The notes: generated from the letters alone by a model not told the origin. Shown: positions 24,675 to 42,907, counted from the stretch's first letter. The stretch: DNA of 64,000 bases from Candidatus Multivoradales bacterium (GCA_965223855.1 CBDCXM010000008.1:224001-288000); one strand, 5' to 3'. Numbers and translations are program-made.

Positions 24675-26333
24675 GTGGCCCGCCCCGCTCCAATCCAGGC
24701 CTCGATCCAGGCCTCAATCCACGCTGTCCTGATGTTGACGGCGGCTGCCGTCGGCTGCTCCCGCCCCCTCCCCGAGGCCTTCGTCGACGTCTCGCGAGAG
24801 ACCGGCCTCGAGTTCGTCCACGACAACGGCAGCATCGGTGAGCGCTACTTCAGCGAAGTCGTCGGACCGGGTGCCGCCTGGACGGACTACGACGGTGACG
24901 GCGATCTCGACCTCTATCTGGTGCAGGGGGGCAGCCTCGACCCGGCCGGCGATCCGGCCGAACGCCCGTCGGACGTGCTCCTGCGCAACGACGTCACGGC
25001 GGGCGGCCCGCGCTGGGTGGACGTCTCGGCCAGAGCCGGCATCGTCGAGCACGGCTACGGCATGGGGATCGCCGCCGGCGACATCGACGGCGACGGCGAC
25101 GTCGATCTCTATGTCACCAACTTCGGCCGCAACCTCCTGTGGAGCAATGCCGGCGACGGGACGTTCGTCGATACGACCACTCCGACACTCGCGGAGCCGC
25201 GCTGGACGACGAGTGCCGCCTTCCTGGACTACGACGGCGACGGCGACCTCGACCTCTTCGCCGCCAACTACGTCGAATACCGCCTCGCGCAGCACCGGCC
25301 GTGCCTCAACGCGGCCGGAGCGATCGAGTACTGCGGTCCCGCGAGTTTCCCGCCGGAGACCGACCGCTTGTGGCGCAACGACGGCACAGGCGGCTTCGAG
25401 GACGTCACCGGCCAGGCCGGTCTTCTGGGTCATGCCGGCAGCGGGCTCGGTGTCGTCAGCGCCGACTTCGACGGCAACGGCCTGCCCGACCTCTACGTGG
25501 CCAACGACCTGATGCCGAACTTCCTGTGGATCAACCAGGGGGACGGCTCCTTTCGTGAGGACGCGCTGCTCGCCGGCTGCGCGGTCAACGAGCAGGGCGC
25601 TCCGGAGGCGAGCATGGGGGTGGCGGTCGCCGACTTCGACCGGGACGGCGACGAGGACCTCTTCATGACCCACCTCGACACCGAGACCAACACCGCCTAC
25701 GCCAACGACCGCGGTCTCTTCACCGACGTTTCCAACGAGTGGGGGCTGACGGTCCCTTCGCTCGGGCTCACCGGCTTCGGCACAGTCGCTCTCGACTACG
25801 ACAGCGACGGCTGGATCGACCTCGCCGCGGCCAACGGTGCGGTCAAGACGCTCCCGGACCAGCGTGCTGCCGGCGATCCGCTGCCGCTGCGGGAGCCCAA
25901 CCTGTTGCTGCGGAACGAAGCCGGAAGCTTCGTCGACCGCACCGAGACGGCACCGGTGCTGCTCGAGAAAGACGTGAGCCGCGGACTCGCGGCGGGAGAC
26001 TTCGACAACGACGGCGATACGGACCTGGTTGTGCTCAACAACGGCGGCCGAGCGATGCTCCTGCGCAACGAGGCCAAAGACGGCTTCGACTGGGCCGGAG
26101 TCGAGCTGATCCCGGGCGCCGGTGCCCCCGCGCTGGGAGCCGAAGTCCGGCGTTCCGGCGAAGATCTATCGATCGCCACCGTGCGCAGCGCCGCGAGCTA
26201 CTGCTCGGCCCAGGACACCCGTCTGCGGCTGGGTGGGCAGATCTCCGGCACCGAGCTGACCCTGGGACGGACCGGCCGCCGGCCGTTGCGTCTCTCGCAG
26301 ACACCTGCGCACCGCTACCTGAGATTCCCGTGA
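24675..26333 (+). CDS. CRTAC1-family FG-GAP/VCBS repeat lipoprotein with ASPIC/UnbV C-terminus
   Basis: Lipobox AVGC; repeated D-[YF]-D-x-D-G-D-x-D-L motifs; C-terminal SYCSAQDTRL. TAGAAT at 24663-24668 suggests a leaderless start. Confidence 0.85.
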   Translation: MARPAPIQASIQASIHAVLMLTAAAVGCSRPLPEAFVDVSRETGLEFVHDNGSIGERYFSEVVGPGAAWTDYDGDGDLDLYLVQGGSLDPAGDPAERPSDVLLRNDVTAGGPRWVDVSARAGIVEHGYGMGIAAGDIDGDGDVDLYVTNFGRNLLWSNAGDGTFVDTTTPTLAEPRWTTSAAFLDYDGDGDLDLFAANYVEYRLAQHRPCLNAAGAIEYCGPASFPPETDRLWRNDGTGGFEDVTGQAGLLGHAGSGLGVVSADFDGNGLPDLYVANDLMPNFLWINQGDGSFREDALLAGCAVNEQGAPEASMGVAVADFDRDGDEDLFMTHLDTETNTAYANDRGLFTDVSNEWGLTVPSLGLTGFGTVALDYDSDGWIDLAAANGAVKTLPDQRAAGDPLPLREPNLLLRNEAGSFVDRTETAPVLLEKDVSRGLAAGDFDNDGDTDLVVLNNGGRAMLLRNEAKDGFDWAGVELIPGAGAPALGAEVRRSGEDLSIATVRSAASYCSAQDTRLRLGGQISGTELTLGRTGRRPLRLSQTPAHRYLRFP

Positions 26334-28045
26334 ACTCGCGCACTCTAGTTGCCGGGGCAGTCCTCGCTGCCACTCTCGGCTGCGCAGATGAAGGCGTGGA
26401 TTCGCTCCGCCTCCCGGTCGGCATCGCAGAGGCGGAAGCGGGAATCCGGGACGATCTCGAGCGCGGTCACGCCGCCGCGATCGCCGCCCTCGGGGATCCC
26501 GAGAACGACGACGTGAATCGCGCGGCGAGCGTCGGTGACTACGGGGTCTCACTCCTGGCCCACGGCTTCTTCCAGCAGGCGACAGAGAGCTTCGCGCTCG
26601 CACGACAGCTCGACCCCGGTGAGTTTCAGTGGCACTATTTCTTCGGGCATGCCGCGCGCCGCACCGGCGACGCCGAAGCGGCGACCGAAGGCTTCACCGC
26701 CGCCCTCGCGGCCGACCCCTTCAGCCTGCCTGCGAAGCTGTGGCGGGCCGAAACTCTCCTCCATCGCGAGCGACTCGACGAGGCCGAGGAAGACTTCCGG
26801 AGGGCCCTCGAACAGGATCCGTACTGCGGCCAGGCATTCACCGGCCTCGGCAAGATCGAACTGTCTCGCGGCGACTTCGAGAGAGCCGAGCCGCTGCTGC
26901 GCCAGGCGCTCGAACATCAGCCCAGGTCGCCGCGCGCCCGCTACAGCCTGGCACTCGCTCTTCGAGGCCAGGGGCGCACCGAGGAGGCGCGACGCGAGTT
27001 CTCACGACTCGAGGGCGAGAACTACTCGCTCACGCTGACCTGCTTCGAGGATCCCTGGATCACCCGGATGCGGCGACGCCAGACCGGAACGCGGAGCCAT
27101 CAGGATCGGGCCATGCAGGCGATGGAGCGAGGCCTGCCCGCCACGGCACTCGTCGAGTTGCAGGCGGCGGTCAGGGCCAATCCGAACCGCTACCCCGCGC
27201 GCGTCGACATCGCCGGCCTCCTCGCCCGGCTGGGCCGGATCGAAGAGGCGAAAGAGGAATTGCGGACGCTCCTCGAAGCCAGACCCGAGTACCCGGCGGC
27301 TCTCCTCATGCTCGCGCAGCTCTCGCTCGACGAAGGTGACCTCGAAAGCGCAGAGCGGTTCGCGACTCGCGCGATCGCTGCTGATCCCGAGGCCGAGGCG
27401 CACCACGAAGTCTCCGGTTCGATCGCGCTGGCGCGGCAAGACTGGCACGCGGCTCTGGAGGCGTTCGATCGTTCCCTCACGCTCGACCCCGCCTCCCGCC
27501 GCTCCCTGCTCGGGAAGGCAGAGGCGGTCTACCGGATCCACGGGGCGGACGCGGCCTACGAGGGGCTCCTGACGGCACAGCGAGGCCTCGGAGCCGGAGC
27601 CCGAAGTCTCGCAGCCTCGGGCCGCCTCGATGACTCGGGCCTCGGGAACTCGCACCAGGCCGGCTCGAGCACCGGAGACGAGCTGTCGAGCGCCCTCGCT
27701 CTTCTGGCCCTCGAAGCCGATCGCCCGCTCGCCGAAGCCCTCGATCATGCGCGACGAGGCAACCGCGAGCCGTCGGTGATCGGGTCCGCCGTACTGGCGA
27801 AGGTCCTCTCGCTCGCCGGCGACCTGAGCGCTGCGCTCGAGTGGCAGCGGCGCGCGCTCGACTCGGTGCCCGGAGGTCTGCGGTTCGCAGACCAGCGGCA
27901 ACGACTCGTCGAAGACCTCGCCCGCCTCGAGGCCGGTCGCGCGACCGGGATAGAGTTCTCCCTGGCCTCGTTCGGTGAACCGCTGGGACTGACCCGATCG
28001 AGCTCGCCTGCCCGGCCGGACGGAGGCCGGGAAGACGGCTCGTAG
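26330..28045 (+). CDS. Tetratricopeptide-repeat lipoprotein
   Basis: GTG overlapping the upstream stop; lipobox TLGC; multiple TPR units (A...F..AL..DP). Confidence 0.85.
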   Translation: MNSRTLVAGAVLAATLGCADEGVDSLRLPVGIAEAEAGIRDDLERGHAAAIAALGDPENDDVNRAASVGDYGVSLLAHGFFQQATESFALARQLDPGEFQWHYFFGHAARRTGDAEAATEGFTAALAADPFSLPAKLWRAETLLHRERLDEAEEDFRRALEQDPYCGQAFTGLGKIELSRGDFERAEPLLRQALEHQPRSPRARYSLALALRGQGRTEEARREFSRLEGENYSLTLTCFEDPWITRMRRRQTGTRSHQDRAMQAMERGLPATALVELQAAVRANPNRYPARVDIAGLLARLGRIEEAKEELRTLLEARPEYPAALLMLAQLSLDEGDLESAERFATRAIAADPEAEAHHEVSGSIALARQDWHAALEAFDRSLTLDPASRRSLLGKAEAVYRIHGADAAYEGLLTAQRGLGAGARSLAASGRLDDSGLGNSHQAGSSTGDELSSALALLALEADRPLAEALDHARRGNREPSVIGSAVLAKVLSLAGDLSAALEWQRRALDSVPGGLRFADQRQRLVEDLARLEAGRATGIEFSLASFGEPLGLTRSSSPARPDGGREDGS

Positions 28046-28077
28046 AGAAGCCCGCCCCCAAGAGAAAACGGTCCTCG

Positions 28078-29925
28078 ATGACAGGAACCATGCCCGTTCG
28101 CCGCTCACTCCTTCACCTGCTGCCCGCCATCCTCGTCGGCTGCGCCGCTCCGTCCCCCGAAGGCGAGGTGCTCGCACGATATCCGGGCGGAGAGATCACG
28201 ACCTGGGAGTACCAGGCTCTCACCCGCCAGCGAGGCTCCCTCTCCCCCGAAGAGGGCCTCGCCCAGGCGGCGATGACCGAGCAGCTCGCGGCTGCCGCTC
28301 GGGAGGCCGGCCTCGATCGGGAGCCGGGCATCGCCCTTCAGCTTCACCGCATCGAAGACCAACCCTGGGTGGAGGCGTTGGAGGGGCGTGTCAGGAGCGA
28401 TCACCAGCCGACCGAGGAAGCGGTCCTCGAGTATCTCGACGAGCGCCGGCACCAGCTCGAGAAGCCCGAGAAGCGCCGGCTGTCGAATCTCTTCAAGCGC
28501 GTTCCGGAGGACAGCACCCCGGAGGAACGTGAGGCGGTAAGGAGCCTCATGCAGGCGCTACGGGACCGGATCATCGCCGGAGAGGAGTTCTCGGCTCTCG
28601 CGCGTGCCGAGTCCGAGGGCGTCAACAGGCATCGTGGTGGTCGGATGGGGGCGGTGCCGAAGGGCCAGTTGAGGAAGGACGTCGAGGACGTCGCATTCGC
28701 ACTCGAGGTCGGCGAGGTCAGCCCGGTGCTGCCGATCCCTCAGGGATTCGTCCTGCTCACCTGCACCGAGGTCCTCCCGCCGACGACCCTTTCGGAGGAG
28801 GAGGCGATCGAGCGGATCCGGGCGGCACTCGGCCGTTGGAACTTCGAGGACGCGATCGAGGCACTCCGCGCCGAGCTGCTGGAGGCTGGTGCGACGCTGG
28901 CCGAACCGAAGGAGATCGAGGCGGCGGATGCCGGCACGGTGATCGCGACCGTCGAAGGACGAGAGGTCACCTACGGCGCCGTCGAGTCGATGCTCAGCTC
29001 CCACGGTGGCGCCACCCGACCAGCGACGCAGGACGGACCGACGCCGTTCCGCGTGCTGGCGGCGCTCGAACGCTACGCCTACCAGCGGCTCGCCGCGCAG
29101 CGGGCTCGCGAGATGGGGCTGGAGCCGTCGGCCGCCGATCTTGTCCGTTCCGAGGCCGCCGCCGATCGTATGCTGGCTCTCGCCGAACTGACCCGACGCG
29201 CGAGCGACTCCGGAATCGAGGCGACAGAGGCGGAGGCCCTCGCCTACTACGAGAGCCAGCCGCGACGGTTCGCAGTGCCGGAGCGCCACGATGTGAGCGT
29301 GATCCAGCTCCGTCTCGACAGCACCGAGCCGGAGTTCCTGCGAGACCGCACGGAGCTGGCCTGGGAGGCGGTGCGCCGGATTCGCTCCGGGCGTGCGAGT
29401 TTCGCCCAGGTCGCGCGGGAGATCTCCGAGCATCCCTCAGCCGAGGACGGCGGGCAGCTCGGTCTCAAGCCGCGCCGCTGGGCGGCCGGACTGGGGCCCA
29501 ACGTCCTGGCCGCTTTCGACCCGCTGGGTCCCGGTGACATCACCGACCCGATTCGTCAGGACCACCTCTGGATCCTCGGCAAGGGGCATTCGGAGCCCGC
29601 CTACACCGTTGCGTGGGCGGAGGCCAGGGAGGCCGCACGCGCGAGCGTCGTCGAGGCCAAGCTGCAGCAGGCGAGCGCCCGACTCGAAGCCGAGCTGCGC
29701 AGTGAAGTGCTCGCGGAGCTCGAAATCGTGCAGCTGCCCGAGACGCTGCAGCTCCCCGCTCGGCGACGACCCGGGCAATTCCGGCGCGCGTCCGGGCAGA
29801 CAGAAGAGGGCGCGCCGGTCCGGTCAGGACGGCGGTCAGGACGGCGGTCAGGACGACAGTGCGGCCGGTATCACCGAGCCGCAGCCGGAATCCCCCAGCG
29901 CCTCAGGCGGCCGGTAGGCCGATGA
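28078..29925 (+). CDS. Tandem parvulin (PpiC) peptidyl-prolyl isomerase/foldase lipoprotein
   Basis: Lipobox LVGC; two parvulin motifs FSALARAESE..GGRMG and FAQVAREISEHPSAEDGGQLG. Confidence 0.85.
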   Translation: MTGTMPVRRSLLHLLPAILVGCAAPSPEGEVLARYPGGEITTWEYQALTRQRGSLSPEEGLAQAAMTEQLAAAAREAGLDREPGIALQLHRIEDQPWVEALEGRVRSDHQPTEEAVLEYLDERRHQLEKPEKRRLSNLFKRVPEDSTPEEREAVRSLMQALRDRIIAGEEFSALARAESEGVNRHRGGRMGAVPKGQLRKDVEDVAFALEVGEVSPVLPIPQGFVLLTCTEVLPPTTLSEEEAIERIRAALGRWNFEDAIEALRAELLEAGATLAEPKEIEAADAGTVIATVEGREVTYGAVESMLSSHGGATRPATQDGPTPFRVLAALERYAYQRLAAQRAREMGLEPSAADLVRSEAAADRMLALAELTRRASDSGIEATEAEALAYYESQPRRFAVPERHDVSVIQLRLDSTEPEFLRDRTELAWEAVRRIRSGRASFAQVAREISEHPSAEDGGQLGLKPRRWAAGLGPNVLAAFDPLGPGDITDPIRQDHLWILGKGHSEPAYTVAWAEAREAARASVVEAKLQQASARLEAELRSEVLAELEIVQLPETLQLPARRRPGQFRRASGQTEEGAPVRSGRRSGRRSGRQCGRYHRAAAGIPQRLRRPVGR

Positions 29926-31789
29926 TCTCCCGCAGGTAGGCGTCGAGCGCGGCTTCGTGAAGCTCGAAGCCGTTGGCCGCGAGAAGTTCACTCGAGAACT
30001 CCTCGAACAGGGACTCTCCATGGGCCTCCAGGTACGCCTCGACCACCCTCTCCTCGACCTCGCCGAGAGCCGGCACCTCGAGCGGCCCCCGCTCGATCAC
30101 TTCGAACAGCTCGACTTCCCGCCCGTTCGAGTGAGGGTCGGAGAACTCACCGGCACCGACCGCGGCGAGGGAGCGACGGATGCCTCCCCCCTCCTCCACC
30201 AGCCGCTCTAGGGACGACCATTGCGGCGGCTCGACCGTTGCCCCGACCTCGGCGGCGAGGTCGGTCAGGGAGAGAGATCCGGACCTGAGTGCCGGAAGGG
30301 CCCTCACGAGATCCGTCATGATCCGACCGGCGTCGGCGTCGATCGGTCTGGCGAGCCGCCGGTAGCGCAACCGGGGCGACCCGGCAAACCTGGCCGCCTC
30401 GCGACCGAAGAACGCCTCGAGGGCAGCCCGGTCCTCCAGCACCCTGGTCTCGAGCTCCCGGGTGAGACCGAGATTGTAGAGCAGGGCGTTCCGTGATTCC
30501 TCGAGCACCGGCAGGAACTCTTCCTCCTCGAGAATACCGGCCTCGGCCGCCAGCACCGCCACCCGCTCCCTCCTCGCGCGGCCCACCAGCCACTCGTGAG
30601 CCCGCTCCGGCTGCGCGACGTCCAGGACCGATCCGGCGCCCTCGAGCTCCTCGGCGAGCTCCTCCGCAGTCAGCACCAGCCCGCCGACTCTCAGCACCAC
30701 CGCCATCGGATCACCGCCGACGAGCAACGCCGCCAGTTCCTCGGAGCTCGGCACGAAGTCGGCCGGCCCCGTCGGTCGGGACTCCACGAATTGCTGGACC
30801 GCCGCCTCCTGCCTCTGCTGCCAGAGCCGCTGTCGCACCGCGGAGCGAGACGTCTCGAGATTGGCCGGTTGCGCCTCGACGATCCGAGCCGCATAGAAGA
30901 GGTGCGCACCCGAAGCGGTCGTCATGACGTCGCTGGGGACAGCCTCCTCCAGGCCGAAGACGATTCGATCGAGATTCGGAGAAAGCTGGCCGGGAACCAC
31001 CCAACCGAGAGCGCCGTCACCCCGCTTGAGCTGGGACTCGGAGTGCTCGCGAGCGAGCAACGGAAACGGCGTTCCCGCGACAGCCCGATCTCGCAACTCC
31101 TGCGCGCGCACCAAGAGTTGAGCCCTGGACTCCCCCGGGCGGGGGCGCAGGAACAGGTGATAGACCTCCCGCCTCTCGGGCCGGGCGAAGGACTCGCGGT
31201 GCTCCTCGAAGTAGGACTCGACCTCCTCTGCCGACGGCGCCTCGACCTCCACCTCGCGGCGCAGATAGGTCGAGACCGCCAGCTGAGTTCGGGTCGCCTC
31301 CCATGTGGAAGCGTTCTCGGGGATCTCCAGCAGGCGGTCCTCACGACCCGATCGCACGACGATGTCCCTCACGGCGATTCGCCGCACCATCTCACCGACG
31401 AAGTCCCGCAACTCGCCGGGCGCCGAAGGTCGTGAATCCTCGGGAACCGCCAGCAGCGCCTGATCGAGGTCCGCCGCACTCACCGCACCGCCCCGATAGG
31501 AAGCCACTCCTTCCGGATCGCCGCCGCGCGGCGCACAGCCCCCCACCGCGAGGCCCAGGAGAGCCGCGGCGAAGGCGGAGGCGGTCCGTGTGCCGAGACG
31601 ATGGCGCCAGGAACCAGGGCGCGACGCACTGGGACGCAAGGTCTCGAGGCTCAAGGTGCTGCCCTTCCGTACACACCTGGCCTTCCGGGTACTGGCCTTC
31701 GGGGTACAGGCACTCCAGGCACTGGCACTCCAGGCACTGGCACTCCAGGCACTAGGACGCAACAGCCCGATCGAACGCGACTCGCGCAT
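29903..31789 (-). CDS. Tandem parvulin peptidyl-prolyl isomerase/foldase lipoprotein
   Basis: Lipobox VGGC; FPLLAREHSES..GDGALGWV; second degenerate unit. Start uncertain (ATG 31789 or TTG 31654). Confidence 0.8.
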   Translation of the reverse strand: MRESRSIGLLRPSAWSASAWSASAWSACTPKASTRKARCVRKGSTLSLETLRPSASRPGSWRHRLGTRTASAFAAALLGLAVGGCAPRGGDPEGVASYRGGAVSAADLDQALLAVPEDSRPSAPGELRDFVGEMVRRIAVRDIVVRSGREDRLLEIPENASTWEATRTQLAVSTYLRREVEVEAPSAEEVESYFEEHRESFARPERREVYHLFLRPRPGESRAQLLVRAQELRDRAVAGTPFPLLAREHSESQLKRGDGALGWVVPGQLSPNLDRIVFGLEEAVPSDVMTTASGAHLFYAARIVEAQPANLETSRSAVRQRLWQQRQEAAVQQFVESRPTGPADFVPSSEELAALLVGGDPMAVVLRVGGLVLTAEELAEELEGAGSVLDVAQPERAHEWLVGRARRERVAVLAAEAGILEEEEFLPVLEESRNALLYNLGLTRELETRVLEDRAALEAFFGREAARFAGSPRLRYRRLARPIDADAGRIMTDLVRALPALRSGSLSLTDLAAEVGATVEPPQWSSLERLVEEGGGIRRSLAAVGAGEFSDPHSNGREVELFEVIERGPLEVPALGEVEERVVEAYLEAHGESLFEEFSSELLAANGFELHEAALDAYLREIIGLPAA

Positions 31790-33887
31790 CTCGACTCTCC
31801 TCCGACTCGGGAGCGACGCGCTCGAGTTCCTCGAGCTCCCGTCTCGCACCGTCCAGATCGTTCAACTGCAGCCGGGTCACGACGATCGCCAGCCGCGCGG
31901 CCAGGTAGCCGGGGGCGATCTCCGCCGCACGCAGGAAGCGCGGAAGCGCCGCCTGCACGTCGCCCTGCTCGAGCAGAAAGGCGCCGTAGTTGTAGTGGCC
32001 CTTCGGATAGAAGGGGTCTCCTTCGAGCGCAGCCGCGAAGTGGCTGCGAGCCTCTTCCGTCCGCCCGGCCATCGCGTGCTGGATGGCCAGATCCACTCGC
32101 GCCTCGACATGCAACGGATCCGCTTCGACCGCGGCCTCGAGGGCCTCGAGGGTCGCGGCGACGTCTCCGATGGCCCGGTGGGCCGAGGCGAGGTGGTATC
32201 TGGCACCCGCAGACCCGTCGAGCTCCACCGCCTTCTCCAGGAACTCCATCGCCTCCTCCGGACGTCCCGTGGCCACGAGTCTCCCTCCCACCGCCAGAAG
32301 AACCCCGACCGACGCTTCGCGGCCGCGCGGAGCCTCGACGAGCTGCCGCAGCTCGGCGACCGCCTCGTCGAGATCGCCGGCGAGCATCGCCGCCTGCACG
32401 AGGAGCTCGCGATAGAAGGCGTTCCCGGGATCGCGCTCCAGCAGTTCGATCGCGACCTGCCTTGCGGCGCCCCCCCGACCTGCCGTCAGCAGGTTGCGCG
32501 CTTCACTCGACAGGTTGATGTCGACCACCCGGTCCTGAGGGGCGATCCCACCCTCCAGAAGCGTCTCTACGATCGGCTCGCTGTCGCCGCTGCCGCTCAG
32601 GTAGCCGAGCGCCATCAACTTGGCGCGCGTTTCGTCGTCGATCGGCTGTGTCGAGGCCGCCGTCGCCGCAGCCGTCTCCTCGATCAGCCTCTCCAGCGCC
32701 TGCCGCATCTCGGAGGCGTCCGCCTGGCGAGCGGCATTGAGGTCGTCGAGTTCGTTCGGGTCGGCACCCAGGTCGTAGAGCTCCGGCCGTGGTCCGTAGA
32801 CGTACTTGAGGTCACCCTGGTAGAGCGAGCGCAGCTCCCCCCAACCGTGCGAGAGCCGAGGCGACAGCGTCTCGGCGTAGAACTGCCGATTGGCGGGCAC
32901 CCCCGGCCCGCCCGAGAGATACCCAGCAAGGCTGTGACCGTGCAGCGACTCGGGAACCTCGAGCCCGAGTGCGTCGAGCACCGTCGGCGTAACGTCGACC
33001 CCGGCGACGAGGTCGGCCGTGCGGAGCGGTTCCATCCCGCCGGGAGGCCGGATCACCATCGGTACCCGCAGAGTGGTCTCGTAGTTGAGAAGCGAGTGGG
33101 TCGATTCGTTGTGCTCGCCCAGCCCCTCCCCGTGGTCCGCAGTCATGACGACGAGGGTGTCGTCGTAGACGCCCAGCTCGCGCAGCTTGTCGAGTAGCTG
33201 GCCGAGCGCTTCGTCCGTGTAGGCGATCTCCGCCAGGTACGGGTCGTCCGCGTAGAGCTCATCGTACGGAGCGGGGGCGTTCCAGGGTCGGTGGGGGTCG
33301 TAGTAGTGGACCCAGGCGAAGAACGGCTGCGATGCATGTTCCGCAAGCCAGGGGAGGATCGCCTCGTTCGTGCGCCCGGCCTGGCGCTCCTCGAAATAGA
33401 GGCTCGGTCGGCGCGGGCGGCGACCGAGGAAGTCCTCGTCCTGGCGGCGCAGATCGTCGTCGTAGAAGTCGAATCCCTGATCGAGGTTGAAGCGCTCGAC
33501 CAACGGGAAGCCGCTGATCGAGGCAGCGGTGGCGTACCCCACCTCCTTCAAACGTTCGGCGAGGGTCACGACCTCGTCCGAGAGGATGAACAGGCCGTTG
33601 TCGCGGATCCCGTGCCCCGTCGGGTAGAGCCCGGTCAGGATCGTCGTGTGTGACGGCAGGGTGAGCGGGATCGAGGCGTGCGCGTTCGTGAACGCGACCC
33701 CTTCGGCCGCCAGGCCATCGACCGCCGGCGTCGCGACCCGGTCGTTGCCGAACACCCCGATGTGATCGGCCCGCGTCGTATCGAACGTGACGATCAGGAC
33801 GTTGGCACGCCGCTCCTGTCCGCAGCCGACGAGGACCGTCAGCGCGAACAGGAGGGCGACCGGCAGTCTGCGCCGCCGGCCCGGCAT
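31752..33887 (-). CDS. Sulfatase-fold (alkaline phosphatase superfamily) hydrolase/transferase with C-terminal TPRs, lipoprotein
   Basis: Lipobox LVGC; DTTRADH, PLTLPSH, HYYDPH, ADHGE, LMALGY; TPRs. Confidence 0.85.
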   Translation of the reverse strand: MPGRRRRLPVALLFALTVLVGCGQERRANVLIVTFDTTRADHIGVFGNDRVATPAVDGLAAEGVAFTNAHASIPLTLPSHTTILTGLYPTGHGIRDNGLFILSDEVVTLAERLKEVGYATAASISGFPLVERFNLDQGFDFYDDDLRRQDEDFLGRRPRRPSLYFEERQAGRTNEAILPWLAEHASQPFFAWVHYYDPHRPWNAPAPYDELYADDPYLAEIAYTDEALGQLLDKLRELGVYDDTLVVMTADHGEGLGEHNESTHSLLNYETTLRVPMVIRPPGGMEPLRTADLVAGVDVTPTVLDALGLEVPESLHGHSLAGYLSGGPGVPANRQFYAETLSPRLSHGWGELRSLYQGDLKYVYGPRPELYDLGADPNELDDLNAARQADASEMRQALERLIEETAAATAASTQPIDDETRAKLMALGYLSGSGDSEPIVETLLEGGIAPQDRVVDINLSSEARNLLTAGRGGAARQVAIELLERDPGNAFYRELLVQAAMLAGDLDEAVAELRQLVEAPRGREASVGVLLAVGGRLVATGRPEEAMEFLEKAVELDGSAGARYHLASAHRAIGDVAATLEALEAAVEADPLHVEARVDLAIQHAMAGRTEEARSHFAAALEGDPFYPKGHYNYGAFLLEQGDVQAALPRFLRAAEIAPGYLAARLAIVVTRLQLNDLDGARRELEELERVAPESEESRDARVAFDRAVAS

Positions 33888-33893
33888 CTCGAC

Positions 33894-38075
<4,182 letters not shown>

Positions 38076-38086
38076 CACGACCCCCT

Positions 38087-42334
<4,248 letters not shown>

Positions 42335-42364
42335 AGACCCATCCTGTGGCTGGTACTCGAGAAG

Positions 42365-42420
42365 ATAAAAGGGCAAACGACGCCCCGACGGCGCAATTCA
42401 CGCCGTCCGCAGGGCGCCCC
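42365..42420 (-). promoter_or_regulatory. Possible rplL-rpoB attenuator hairpin
   Basis: GACGGCG-TGAATTG-CGCCGTC stem with outer GC pairing, followed by a T-rich stretch; same position as the E. coli rplL-rpoB attenuator. Confidence 0.4.
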
Positions 42421-42455
42421 TGCCGACTCTCCGAAACCGCTGGAAAGAGTCAGGG

Positions 42456-42842
42456 CTACTTGAGCTCCACCTGAGCTCCGGCCTCTTCGAACTTCTTCTT
42501 GATCTCCTCGGCCTCGTCCTTGGAGACGCCTTCCTTGACCGCGACGGGCGCCGACTCGACCATGTCCTTGGCGTCCTTCAGACCGAGGCTCGTGACCTCG
42601 CGGACCGCCTTGATGACGTTGATCTTCTTGTCGCCGACGGCGGTGAGCATGACGTTGAACTCGTCCTTCTCCTCCGCTGCCGCCTCACCACCCCCGGCAG
42701 CCGCTCCGGCCGCCGCGACGGGCACCGCAGCCGCAGCCGCGGAAACGCCGTAGTGATCCTCGAGCGCCTTGACGAGGTCGTTGAGCTCGAGCACCGACAG
42801 CTCGTCGATCTGCTTGATGAAATCTTCGGTCGCAATTGCCAT
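42456..42842 (-). CDS. rplL: 50S ribosomal protein L7/L12
   Basis: [20 protein letters not shown]. Confidence 0.98.
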   Translation of the reverse strand: MAIATEDFIKQIDELSVLELNDLVKALEDHYGVSAAAAAVPVAAAGAAAGGGEAAAEEKDEFNVMLTAVGDKKINVIKAVREVTSLGLKDAKDMVESAPVAVKEGVSKDEAEEIKKKFEEAGAQVELK

Positions 42843-42907
42843 TTTGCTCTCCTTCGACTCCGTCAGGCCACCTGCCGGAGTCTGTGTTCAAACATCCAAC
42901 CCGGCAC

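Noticed and set aside
22504-33887. Mobile element or defence island
   Set aside because: No integrase, transposase, nuclease, terminal repeats or obvious compositional shift
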